Assembly: GCA_040005235.1 (NCBI GenBank) | Contig: JBDTZG010000046.1 | Span: 1 to 43,059, forward strand | Length of the DNA stretch: 43,059 bases | Direction of reading: 5' to 3' | Source of the DNA: Acidobacteriota bacterium | GTDB taxonomy: Bacteria; Acidobacteriota; Thermoanaerobaculia; Multivoradales; UBA5704 | Part shown: in pieces, positions 1 through 8,066 of the stretch | How the letters are laid out: every line of letters starts with the position of its first letter | Position numbering within the stretch: position 1 is the first letter of the stretch | Made by a program: the position numbers and the translations under genes | Notes under the pieces: model-generated | What the model was told of the DNA's origin: nothing | What the model saw: only the letters and a program-made list of their open reading frames with translations | The model's database searches: none

Positions 1-168
1 ATGAACCCGGTCATCAAGTTCACCACCCTCTTCGGCCTCCTCGCCGTCGAGCTGGCGATCGAGCTGCCGAATACCACGACCAACATCCTGGCGGCGGTCT
101 TCTTCACCATCTCCGTGATCTTCGTCTGGCGCTCGTTCTACGCCATGCGGATCAAGGACGCGGCCTAG
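1..168 (+). CDS. hppA: C-terminal fragment of membrane-bound H+/Na+-translocating pyrophosphatase (5' truncated by window)
   Basis: Frame 1 reads MNPVIKFTTLFGLLAVELAIELP...VFFTISVIFVWRSFYAMRIKDAA*, matching the NPxIKFTTLFGLLAVELA C-terminal motif of membrane pyrophosphatases. Confidence 0.85.
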   Translation: MNPVIKFTTLFGLLAVELAIELPNTTTNILAAVFFTISVIFVWRSFYAMRIKDAA

Positions 169-188
169 CCACGTTAAGTTCTCTCCGG

Positions 189-222
189 GGCCATTGAGCG
201 GCAAGCACGCCGCTCAATGGCC
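189..222 (+). terminator. Perfect 14-bp stem-loop after hppA (terminator or stabilising hairpin)
   Basis: GGCCATTGAGCGGC-AAGCAC-GCCGCTCAATGGCC; no U-tract follows. Confidence 0.5.
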
Positions 223-283
223 TGCGGAGGCCTGTGATGTACGGCATCGCCGGGAGCGGATTTCTCGAACAGGAGCCTTGGCC

Positions 284-847
284 ATGGACGTCGCCGCCGC
301 CGTTCAATCTCAGATCGCGAACCTCGAAGCCAAGACCGGCAAGAGCATGGCCGAATGGCTGGAGATCGGCCGCTCTAGCGGCTTCTCCAAGCACGGCGAG
401 ATCGTCAAATTCTTGAAGGAGAAGTACGGCATCGGACATGGCTCCGCGAACCTGATCGCGCTCCGGTCGCTGGAGGCGAGCTCCCCGCCGCCGGCCGCGA
501 GCGCCGATCCGGCGGACGATCTCTTTGCGGGAGCGAAGGCGGGGCTTCGTCCGATCCACGACGCGGTGATGAAGGCGCTCCGCGGCTTCGGGAGCGACCT
601 CGAAGAGGCACCGAAGAAGGGGTACTTGAGCCTGCGGCGCAAGAAACAGCTCGGCGTGATCCAGCCTGGTGCGGCGACTCGCGTGGATCTTGGCCTGGTG
701 CTCAAAGAGGTCGAGCCGGCCGGGCGGTTGGAAGCAGCCGGTAGTTGGAACGGCATGATGACCCACCGCGTCCGTCTGACCGCTCCCGCCGAGGTTGACG
801 CGGAGCTGATCGGCTGGCTGCGGCAGGCGTTCGACGCGGCGGGCTAG
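284..847 (+). CDS. DUF4287/DUF5655 domain protein
   Basis: AGGAG RBS at 271-275 before ATG 284; N-terminal KTGKS..EW...KHGEIVKFLKEKYGIGHGSAN and C-terminal PKKGYLSLRRKKQ...THRVRL...EVDAELIGWLRQAF. Confidence 0.75.
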   Translation: MDVAAAVQSQIANLEAKTGKSMAEWLEIGRSSGFSKHGEIVKFLKEKYGIGHGSANLIALRSLEASSPPPAASADPADDLFAGAKAGLRPIHDAVMKALRGFGSDLEEAPKKGYLSLRRKKQLGVIQPGAATRVDLGLVLKEVEPAGRLEAAGSWNGMMTHRVRLTAPAEVDAELIGWLRQAFDAAG

Positions 848-1224
848 GTCTTGGCGTCGAGCGTGGCGACCAGGCGTTTCGGCGCTACGCAGCGATACGA
901 TTCCTCGATTCGCTCGGCGACCTCGTCCCAATCGACTCTGCCGTCGAGCATGATACCGATCCAACCGCGATGGCCGACGTAGGGCGGCCGGAAGTAGACC
1001 TCGGGCGCCAGGGAAATCAGCGTCTCCTGCGCGCCCTCGGGCGCCGCGCACCAGACCGAGAGGTGCTCCGCTCCGTGGTGGTGGTCGTCGAGAGTCGCGA
1101 ACGTCTTCTTGCCTCCCACGAACCAGGTCGGCTCGCCGTGGCTCGGCCGTTCCATCGCTTCCGGCAGCGCGAGGCAGATCCGGCGCAGCCGGTCGAGAAC
1201 GGATTCTCTCGTGTCCTTGGGCAT
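844..1224 (-). CDS. MmcQ/YjbR family DNA-binding protein
   Basis: RLRRICLALPEA.ERPSHGEPTWFV..KKTFA...YFRPPYVGHRGWIG...DW.EV...I.ESY; real start is ATG 1224 inside the longer 844..2157 ORF. Confidence 0.85.
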   Translation of the reverse strand: MPKDTRESVLDRLRRICLALPEAMERPSHGEPTWFVGGKKTFATLDDHHHGAEHLSVWCAAPEGAQETLISLAPEVYFRPPYVGHRGWIGIMLDGRVDWDEVAERIEESYRCVAPKRLVATLDAKT

Positions 1225-1354
1225 GCGGGGATTCTGTCGCAGATAAGTCGTCCCGGGCGTCCAGAGCCGTAGATTGTCGCAAGGGGAGGGTATCGCTTCG
1301 AGGCGGCTCACCGAGGCCTGAAGGGCACCTGCTAGACTCCGCCAGGTTTTCGAC

Positions 1355-2815
1355 ATGCCGAACGATCCGATCTTCCGCGCCTTCGCGCGGCTCAGCAGCG
1401 ACGCCCCCCGGGCCGCGCTGGTGGTTTCGCGCACGAGGCGCGCGGATCGCGGCGAGGTGTCCGACCTGGCGCGCGGAGTCGCCGCACGAATCGACGCCTT
1501 CGCCGCCGCGGAAACCCTGCAGGAGAACCGGCCGATCGCCTTCGCCGCCGCCAACGGCATCGGATTCCTGGCCGGATTCTTGGCGCTCCGAGCCTTAAGC
1601 CGGCCCATGCTGCTGCTCGACTCCGGCACCCCGGAAGCCGAGCGGCTGCGGATCGCCCGCCGGCTGGGAGCCGGGGCCATCCTCGAATGCCCCTGCGCCT
1701 GGCCGACGAGCCGGGAGGGGTTTGCGCTCCGGGCGGTGGCGACCGGCGACGACGAAGAGCGCGGCGAGCCCGTAGGTTTCCCCGATCCGCCAGCCGATCT
1801 GGCGGTGATCAAAGTCACCTCCGGCTCGACCGGGTCGCCACGCGGGATCGCGACTCCGTCGGAGGCGTTGATCGCAGACGACGACCAGCTGGGCCGCTCG
1901 ATGGGTCTTCGTCCCAACGACGCGTTCGTCGCGACCGTGCCGATGACCCATTCGTACGGACTGACCAGCCTGGCGATGCCCGCATTGCTGCGCGGCCAGG
2001 TGTTGGTCCTGCCCGAAGGGGACTCTCCGGTCGAGCCGCTCGCCGCGGCCGAGGCGTGCGGGGCGACGATCTTCCCGACCGTGCCCGCGTACCTGGACGC
2101 CTTGCTTCGCACCTCCCACCCTCCCGCCTGGCCGCGAACGCTCCGCCTGGCACTCACCGCCGGAGCACAACTTCCGCAAGCGACCGCCGTACGCTTCCGT
2201 GAGACCTTCGGTCAGCCGGTCCACGTCTTTTACGGCGCCTCGGAATCGGGAGGCATCTGCTACGACCGCGACGGCGGGGCCGGCGAGCGCGGAACGGTCG
2301 GCACGCCGGTCGACGGCGTCTCGCTCCGCCTGATCGATCCGGACGAGAACGGCGCCGGAGTGATCGCCGTGACCTCGCCCGCCGTCGCGTTCGGCTATCT
2401 GCCCGAATCGGACGGGCGCCTGGTGGGCGGCACCTACCGCACGAGCGATTTCGCCTGCTTCCGCGACGGCGAGCTGGCGCTGCTCGGCCGGGTCGACGAC
2501 CTGGTGAACATCAAGGGCAAGAAGGTCAATCCGCGCGAGGTGGAGGGCGTGCTCGGCGAACTGCTCGGCGTCCACGAGGTTGCGGTGCTCGGCGTACCGC
2601 GGGCGGCCTGCGGCGGCGAGGTGCTGCGCGCGGTGATCGCCTGCGGCGACGGCGCATTGTCCACCGACCAGGTGCTCGCCTGGTGCCGTCCGCGCCTGGC
2701 CGCCCACAAGGTGCCGCGGAGCGTCGTCTTGGTCCGCGCCCTGCCGCGCACCGATCGCGGTAAGCTCGATCGCGCCGCGTTGCTCGATTTGGCGCGGAAC
2801 GTCCAGCCGGTCTGA
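1355..2815 (+). CDS. Class I adenylate-forming enzyme (acyl-CoA/acyl-ACP ligase)
   Basis: TSGSTGSPRG P-loop, YGASE, RTSD, GRVDDLVNIKGKKVNPREVE, LPRTDRGKLDR. Confidence 0.9.
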   Translation: MPNDPIFRAFARLSSDAPRAALVVSRTRRADRGEVSDLARGVAARIDAFAAAETLQENRPIAFAAANGIGFLAGFLALRALSRPMLLLDSGTPEAERLRIARRLGAGAILECPCAWPTSREGFALRAVATGDDEERGEPVGFPDPPADLAVIKVTSGSTGSPRGIATPSEALIADDDQLGRSMGLRPNDAFVATVPMTHSYGLTSLAMPALLRGQVLVLPEGDSPVEPLAAAEACGATIFPTVPAYLDALLRTSHPPAWPRTLRLALTAGAQLPQATAVRFRETFGQPVHVFYGASESGGICYDRDGGAGERGTVGTPVDGVSLRLIDPDENGAGVIAVTSPAVAFGYLPESDGRLVGGTYRTSDFACFRDGELALLGRVDDLVNIKGKKVNPREVEGVLGELLGVHEVAVLGVPRAACGGEVLRAVIACGDGALSTDQVLAWCRPRLAAHKVPRSVVLVRALPRTDRGKLDRAALLDLARNVQPV

Positions 2816-2829
2816 GACAACCGCCCGAG

Positions 2830-3654
2830 ATGTCCGATTCGACCGTGTCGCTCCCCCGCGTATACCGCAGGACCGCCCTCGTCCGCGCCACCTGGGCGAG
2901 CCACGTTGCGGCGCTCGCGGCACTCGGCTTCGCCCCCGAGCGGTGGCCTTGGATTCTCGGCGCGCTCGCCGCGAACCACTTGACGATCGGCATCACCGGC
3001 CTGATTCCGACGAGCCGCCTGCTCGGCCCGAACCTCACCCGCCTGCCGGCCTCCGCAGGTGCCGTGGCACTCACCTTCGACGACGGGCCGGACCCGGAGG
3101 TGACGCCCAAGATCCTCGACCTGCTGGAGGAACGCGGCGCCCGAGCGAGTTTCTTCGTGATCGGCAAGCGGGTCGAGGCGCACCCCGATCTCGCCGCCGA
3201 GATCGTCCGCCGCGGCCATGCGGTGGAAAACCACACCTACCGGCATCGCCACGACTTCTCCCTGCGCGGCCCCCGCGCGCTCGATCGGGAGGTGACCGCG
3301 GCACAAGAGGCGATCGCCGCGGCGACCGGCAGTTATCCGACCTGGTTTCGCGCACCGGCCGGGCTGCGCGGCGTGTTCCTAGAATCCGTGCTCGCCCGGC
3401 ATGGCCTGTCGCTCGCCGCCTGGACCCGCCGGGCCTACGACACCGTGGTCCGTGATCCGGAGAAAATCGCGGCAAACCTCGGCCGCGGCCTAGCAGCGGG
3501 AGACGTTCTGCTGCTCCACGACGGTTCGGCTGCGCGGACTGTCGCCGGACGACCGGCTCTGCTGGATGCCCTTCCGCGCCTGCTCGACCGGATCGCCGAG
3601 CGAGGATTGCTCGCCCTGCCGCTGCCTCGCCGGGCGCCAGAGGAGTCGGCATGA
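2830..3654 (+). CDS. Membrane-anchored polysaccharide deacetylase (NodB/CE4)
   Basis: ALTFDDGP, ENHTYRH, FRAPAG, LLLHDG motifs; N-terminal hydrophobic segments. Confidence 0.9.
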   Translation: MSDSTVSLPRVYRRTALVRATWASHVAALAALGFAPERWPWILGALAANHLTIGITGLIPTSRLLGPNLTRLPASAGAVALTFDDGPDPEVTPKILDLLEERGARASFFVIGKRVEAHPDLAAEIVRRGHAVENHTYRHRHDFSLRGPRALDREVTAAQEAIAAATGSYPTWFRAPAGLRGVFLESVLARHGLSLAAWTRRAYDTVVRDPEKIAANLGRGLAAGDVLLLHDGSAARTVAGRPALLDALPRLLDRIAERGLLALPLPRRAPEESA

Positions 3655-4886
3655 GCGCACCGGTCCCGCCGCTCGATCCCGTTCTCACCCCCGCGCCCGA
3701 ACGGGTGCCGCTCGGGCGTTTTGGCCGATTCCGGCGCACGCTCGCCGAGCTGCATGTCCGGCTGCGGACGGAGGGAGAAGCGCCGGCCCGGCAGGCCGCG
3801 GCAATCGGCGTCGGCCTGTTCATCGGCTGCTCGCCGTTTTACGGCTTCCACTTCCCGCTCTGCGTCTTCGCCGCGCGGGTGCTCCGCCTGAGCCAGCTCA
3901 AGACCTATCTCGCCTCGAACATCAGCCTGCCGTTCATCGCCCCGTTTCTGTTCTATGCCGAAGTGGAGGTCGGCCGCTTCCTGCGCGGAGCGCCGCCCTT
4001 GGCACTCCATCCGGCGCAATTGCGCTCGATGCCGCTCGGCCGCTTCGGCGCGGACCTGTTGCTCGGCGCGCTGGCGGTAGGAATTACCCTCGGCCTGCTC
4101 GGCGCGCTGATCGCCTACCGCGCCGCCGTGTCGGCCCGTCGCCATCCCGAGATCGAAGCCTTGATTGCCGCGGCGTCGCGGCGCTATCTCGATTGCGGCA
4201 TGTTCCCCTGGGAGTTCGTGCGGGGCAAGCTCCGACATGATCCGCTTTACTTTGGGGTGGTCGGGCGTGGGCTCGCGGCGACGGAAGTAAAGGGTATCGA
4301 GGACGAAAAAGACGATGACCCAGAGCGGGGCGTGGTCTTGGACTTGGGGTGCGGACGGGGCATCCTTTTTTCTTTGATTTTGGCGGTGCATGAGATCGGC
4401 GCCCGGCCCCCGGGTTGGGAGCCCACGCCCCGCGGGCTGCGGTTGATCGGCTTTGAGGGGCGGGGCAAGATTGCGGCGCAGGCGAAAAAGGCGCTGGGGG
4501 ACGAGGCCGAGATCTCAAACGCGGACTTGGCGACGGCGGAGTTGCCTCGCTGCCGCGTGGCTCTGCTGCTCGACGTTCTTCACTACCTGCCGGCCGCGGC
4601 GCAGGAAAATCTGCTCGATCGGGTGGCGGCGGCTTTGGAACCCGGTGGGACGCTCCTGCTGCGCGATGCCGATGCGGACGGTGGAGGGCGCTTCTGGGCA
4701 ACCCGCGTTCAGGAACGTTTGGCGGCGCTCGCCCGAAACGACTTCCGCCAGCGCTTCCGCTACCGGAGCGCCCGGGAGTGGCGCGGGATGCTAGAAGCGC
4801 GCGGGCTGACGACCGAGACCGCACCTTTGAGTGAAGGGACTCCCTACGCCAACGTCTTGGTGGTGGGCCGAAAAGCGGCGGGATAG
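3651..4886 (+). CDS. DUF2062 membrane domain fused to class I SAM-dependent methyltransferase
   Basis: N-terminal AIGVGLFIGCSPFYGFH...SNISLP (DUF2062-like); C-terminal GKLRHDP, VLDLGCGRG, LLDVLHY, PGGTLLLRD; ATGA overlap with upstream gene. Confidence 0.8.
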   Translation: MSAPVPPLDPVLTPAPERVPLGRFGRFRRTLAELHVRLRTEGEAPARQAAAIGVGLFIGCSPFYGFHFPLCVFAARVLRLSQLKTYLASNISLPFIAPFLFYAEVEVGRFLRGAPPLALHPAQLRSMPLGRFGADLLLGALAVGITLGLLGALIAYRAAVSARRHPEIEALIAAASRRYLDCGMFPWEFVRGKLRHDPLYFGVVGRGLAATEVKGIEDEKDDDPERGVVLDLGCGRGILFSLILAVHEIGARPPGWEPTPRGLRLIGFEGRGKIAAQAKKALGDEAEISNADLATAELPRCRVALLLDVLHYLPAAAQENLLDRVAAALEPGGTLLLRDADADGGGRFWATRVQERLAALARNDFRQRFRYRSAREWRGMLEARGLTTETAPLSEGTPYANVLVVGRKAAG

Positions 4887-4956
4887 CCCCCGATCGCCCG
4901 ACCTTCGCGGGCCGCATCGGGCGTGCTCACATAGCCCTACCTCAAAAACGTTGAGC

Positions 4957-5121
4957 ATGATGAAGCTTAAGAGATCGGAGAAGCCGCGTCTGGTGCTGCA
5001 CAAAGAGACCCTTCAGGCCTTGGATAACGAGGTACTGCGCAAGGCGATCGGCGAGGCATGGACCTCAATTGTATCCTGCCCCTCTGGCTGTCCCGGGGCC
5101 TGGGAGTGCTACGCGGAATAG
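4957..5121 (+). CDS. Putative RiPP (lanthipeptide-like) precursor peptide, 54 aa
   Basis: MMKLKRSEKPRLVLHKETLQALDNEVLRKAIG-EAWTSIVSCPSGCPGAWECYAE: basic leader with L-x-L-x-KETL-x-x-L motif; core with 3 Cys, 3 Ser, 1 Thr, 2 Trp; no strong RBS. Confidence 0.6.
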   Translation: MMKLKRSEKPRLVLHKETLQALDNEVLRKAIGEAWTSIVSCPSGCPGAWECYAE

Positions 5122-5162
5122 AAAGAGCCGCGAACCTGGATCACGCGTTCGCTTCCGTGGAC

Positions 5163-5391
5163 GACGCGAACGGTTTTCCAGCCGCCGAATTCGATTTCGC
5201 AGGCCGAAACGACCGCTCGCCACCGCGCCAACCATTTTCCGGCCCGCGCGAGCGGTTTTCCGATCGAGCACACCCCATCGCCGGGAGCGGTAAGCGGTTT
5301 TCTCGGTGCGAAACTCAAAGATTCGCCCGCGAAGCGAATTCGGCACCCGGGAAATCGCTCCGCGCAGCCAGCAAAACGCTCGGATCAATCA
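5163..5391. repeat. Degenerate ~21-bp periodic non-coding tract
   Basis: CGGTTTTC at 5171, 5253, 5295 and CCATTTTC at 5232; GCGAA/GGAAA/GCAAA-like starts at 5308, 5329, 5350, 5371. Confidence 0.45.
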
Positions 5392-5551
5392 GATGACTGG
5401 GCTCGGCACCCGAATCGGCGGCTTCGCCGGTCGCCCGAAATGCTTCCGCACCCACATCTCCCCGGCCGTCGGGGAGAAATCGATTATTGCCTTCGAAGAG
5501 ACCCCTCTCGCTGGTCTCCTTGACGCGCGCTTGAGCGCGCTCGGCATCTGC

Positions 5552-5833
5552 CTAGCAGCCAAATTGTAGTCGGGGGTCCCAGCCACCCATGTGACGCTCA
5601 GTCGTGTGGTCTATCGGCTCATTAAATCTCGGAACTCGCCGGCAGTTTTCGGCAAGTTGTCCCTTATCTTCAACGTCGCTGAGCGCGGCGTCCAGCGCAC
5701 CAAACAACTGTTGATTTAGGACCGCCTCGGGGCTTGCCGGAAGGTCAAAGCTGATCTGCAAAATCTTCTCAAGGTATGCGCGACCGGGAAAGCCATCTTC
5801 GGTAAGGGCGACCTCCACCCTGTGCCGATCAAA
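5552..5833 (-). pseudogene. Internal fragment of a KAP-family P-loop NTPase
   Basis: FDRHRVEVAL...GRAYLEKILQISFDLP signature, without Walker A/B; lower GC than flanks; begins 4 nt after the rnhA stop. Confidence 0.7.
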
Positions 5834-5837
5834 GGAA

Positions 5838-6752
5838 CTACTTTAGCCTCGCCTGCTCCTTAACCCGCCGGTCCACGTCCAACAGCTCCGGCACCTCCCG
5901 CCCCTTGATCTCAGGCCACTGGACCACTAACCGCCTCATCTGCCCTTCCAGGCGCTGCCAGAGCTCGCGGTTCTTGACCGCCGCCCCCTCTTTCGTCTTC
6001 CAGCCGCTCTTGCTCCAGCCGGGGAGCCAGCGCGACGCTCCGTGGCGCAGGTAGTCGGAGCCGGTGTAGACGGCGACTTTTGCTTTCTCGGGCAGAATCT
6101 CGAGCGCGGCGATCGCGCCGAGGATGTCGAGCTGGTTAGGCGAGCTGGCATTCGGCTCTTCTTCGGAAAGGAACTCTTCCTCCTCGCCGCGAAGGACCAG
6201 GGCGGCCCAGAGCCCTTTGCCTTTGGGTTTGGCGACCCGCAGGTAGACGGAGACGTCCGCCAAAACTGGCGGGGCCGCGGCGACCCGGTGCCCGGTCAAG
6301 GCTCGGATTTCCGCGGTCGCGAGCTGGTCGGCCCGCTCGTTGTGCTTGTGCCCCGCGTGCCCTTTGATCCAATCCCAGCGGATTTCGTGGCTGCGGTTGA
6401 GCTCGGCCAGGCGCTGCCAAAGATCGACGTTTAAGAGCTCGCCGTCCTTCCGCTTCCAGCCGCGCGCCTCCCAGGCAGCGATCCATTCGGTAATTCCCCG
6501 ACGGAGGTATTGCGAGTCGGTGACCAAACGGACACGGCAGCGGGTTTTGAGCGCTTCGAGCGCGCGGATCGCCGCGGTCAGCTCCATCCGGTTGTTGGTC
6601 GCCTTCGGCTCACCTCCCGAAAGCTCGCGCGTCTTGCCGGTGGCGGGATCGATCAGCACGGCTCCCCAACCTCCCGGGCCGGGGTTCGGGTCGGCGCCGC
6701 CATCGGTGTAGATCTCGACCGCGACGAGTGGGGTACGGACCGGCTCGCTCAT
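5838..6752 (-). CDS. rnhA: Ribonuclease HI with a second, degenerate RNase H domain
   Basis: Domain 1: [42 protein letters not shown]. Domain 2: [21 protein letters not shown]...[15 protein letters not shown]. Confidence 0.9.
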   Translation of the reverse strand: MSEPVRTPLVAVEIYTDGGADPNPGPGGWGAVLIDPATGKTRELSGGEPKATNNRMELTAAIRALEALKTRCRVRLVTDSQYLRRGITEWIAAWEARGWKRKDGELLNVDLWQRLAELNRSHEIRWDWIKGHAGHKHNERADQLATAEIRALTGHRVAAAPPVLADVSVYLRVAKPKGKGLWAALVLRGEEEEFLSEEEPNASSPNQLDILGAIAALEILPEKAKVAVYTGSDYLRHGASRWLPGWSKSGWKTKEGAAVKNRELWQRLEGQMRRLVVQWPEIKGREVPELLDVDRRVKEQARLK

Positions 6753-6785
6753 TTGGCTCTCAATGGGTGGCTCTCCATGGGAGCG

Positions 6786-8066
6786 CTACTCCGGCAGGCC
6801 CACGGTGACGAGCAGATCCGCCGGCCGCAGGTGCCGCCGCGCCGCAGCTTCGGCGGCCGGGCGGTTGACCGCGCGCAGGCGATCCAACCTCCAGGCGGGA
6901 TCGTCGACGGCCAAGCCGTAGAGGGAGGCTTCGGTGAGCAGCTCCGCCCACTGGCGCGCAGTTTCGCGTTGGAAAGGGTCGCGGCCGAGCAGATAGGCGC
7001 GCGCCTCTTCGAGCTCGTCGTCCGTGACTCCCCCGTCCACCAGGCGGGCGATCTCTTCGGCGACGCCGCGCTCGGCCTGCGCCACCGTATCGGGCGAGGT
7101 GCCGACGTAGGCGACCAGCCGGCCGGGGTCGAAGCCGGAGCCTGCGATCGTCTGGGCGTAGGCCGTGTAGGCGAGGCCCTCCCGTTCGCGAATCCGCGCC
7201 GGGATGCGGCCGGTCAAGCCCGCTCCCGAACCGAGCACCACGGCGACCAGCTCCAGCGCTTCGTAGTCCTCATGTCCGCGCGGCACGGTCAGGTGCCCCA
7301 TGTATAGATGCGCCTGGTCCTCGGCGGAAGTTTCCACCTCGCGATGGCGCTCTCCCGTCCCGGAGGGAGCGGGCGGCTCGGCGCCCGGGGTGGCCGTTTC
7401 GGGAAGGCTCGAAAACAGCTCCTCGGCCCGCTTCCGCACCTCGTCCTCGTCGATCGCGCCCGCGATTCCCACCAAGACCCCGGAGGCGAGGCCGCGGCGG
7501 TGATGCGCCAGGGCGTCCGCCGGCTCGGCGGCGCGGAGGCTCTCGACCGTCCCCTGGACCGGCCGAGCGCGCGGGTGGGGCGCATAGAGCTGGTCCAGGA
7601 AACCCCAGGCGGTGCGGATGTCGGGCTGATCGCCCATGCTTTCGAGGTCGGCTTCGATTTGGCGCGCGACGAACGCGGCGCGGTCGGCCGGAAAGGTCGA
7701 CTCCAGGGTCAGCTCCGCCGCCCATTCCAGAGCGCGCTCCCAGTCGCGGGACAAAGCATCGGCGGTGACGCCGTAGACCTCGAACCCGCCGAAGCTCGAA
7801 AGGCTCATGCCGAGGTTCTCGGCCTCTTCGGCGATTCGCCGGAAATCGCGGCTCCGAGTCCCTTCGGCGAGCATTCGGCCGGTGAGCATCGCATGGCCCG
7901 GAGCCGTCTCGGCGCGAGCGCCCGAGGGGATCCAAATCCGCACCGCAACCACCGGCGCCCCTTCGACACGGCGTGCCCGCACGGTGAGCCCGGGCCGTGT
8001 TCGAAGCGCGCCCGCCGGATCGCCGACGGCGACTGGAGTGACGTTGTCCCGCTCCGAAACCGTCAT
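6786..8066 (-). CDS. M16 (pitrilysin) family peptidase, non-catalytic subunit
   Basis: Lacks HxxEH (GHAMLTGRMLAEGT); C-terminal RIREREGLAY motif; ATG 8066 overlaps the upstream stop. Confidence 0.85.
   Translation of the reverse strand: MTVSERDNVTPVAVGDPAGALRTRPGLTVRARRVEGAPVVAVRIWIPSGARAETAPGHAMLTGRMLAEGTRSRDFRRIAEEAENLGMSLSSFGGFEVYGVTADALSRDWERALEWAAELTLESTFPADRAAFVARQIEADLESMGDQPDIRTAWGFLDQLYAPHPRARPVQGTVESLRAAEPADALAHHRRGLASGVLVGIAGAIDEDEVRKRAEELFSSLPETATPGAEPPAPSGTGERHREVETSAEDQAHLYMGHLTVPRGHEDYEALELVAVVLGSGAGLTGRIPARIREREGLAYTAYAQTIAGSGFDPGRLVAYVGTSPDTVAQAERGVAEEIARLVDGGVTDDELEEARAYLLGRDPFQRETARQWAELLTEASLYGLAVDDPAWRLDRLRAVNRPAAEAAARRHLRPADLLVTVGLPE

Noticed and set aside
844-2157. Full-length 437-aa ORF, and other N-terminal extensions in the ORF track (6786-8447, 9361-11772, 19474-20742, 39722-42481)
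   Set aside because: The extensions overlap neighbouring genes or promoters; homology and start signals begin at the internal ATGs reported
5058-5586. Short ORFs across the periodic tract
   Set aside because: No RBS or motifs, and mutually overlapping in several frames; best explained as non-coding repeat-derived sequence
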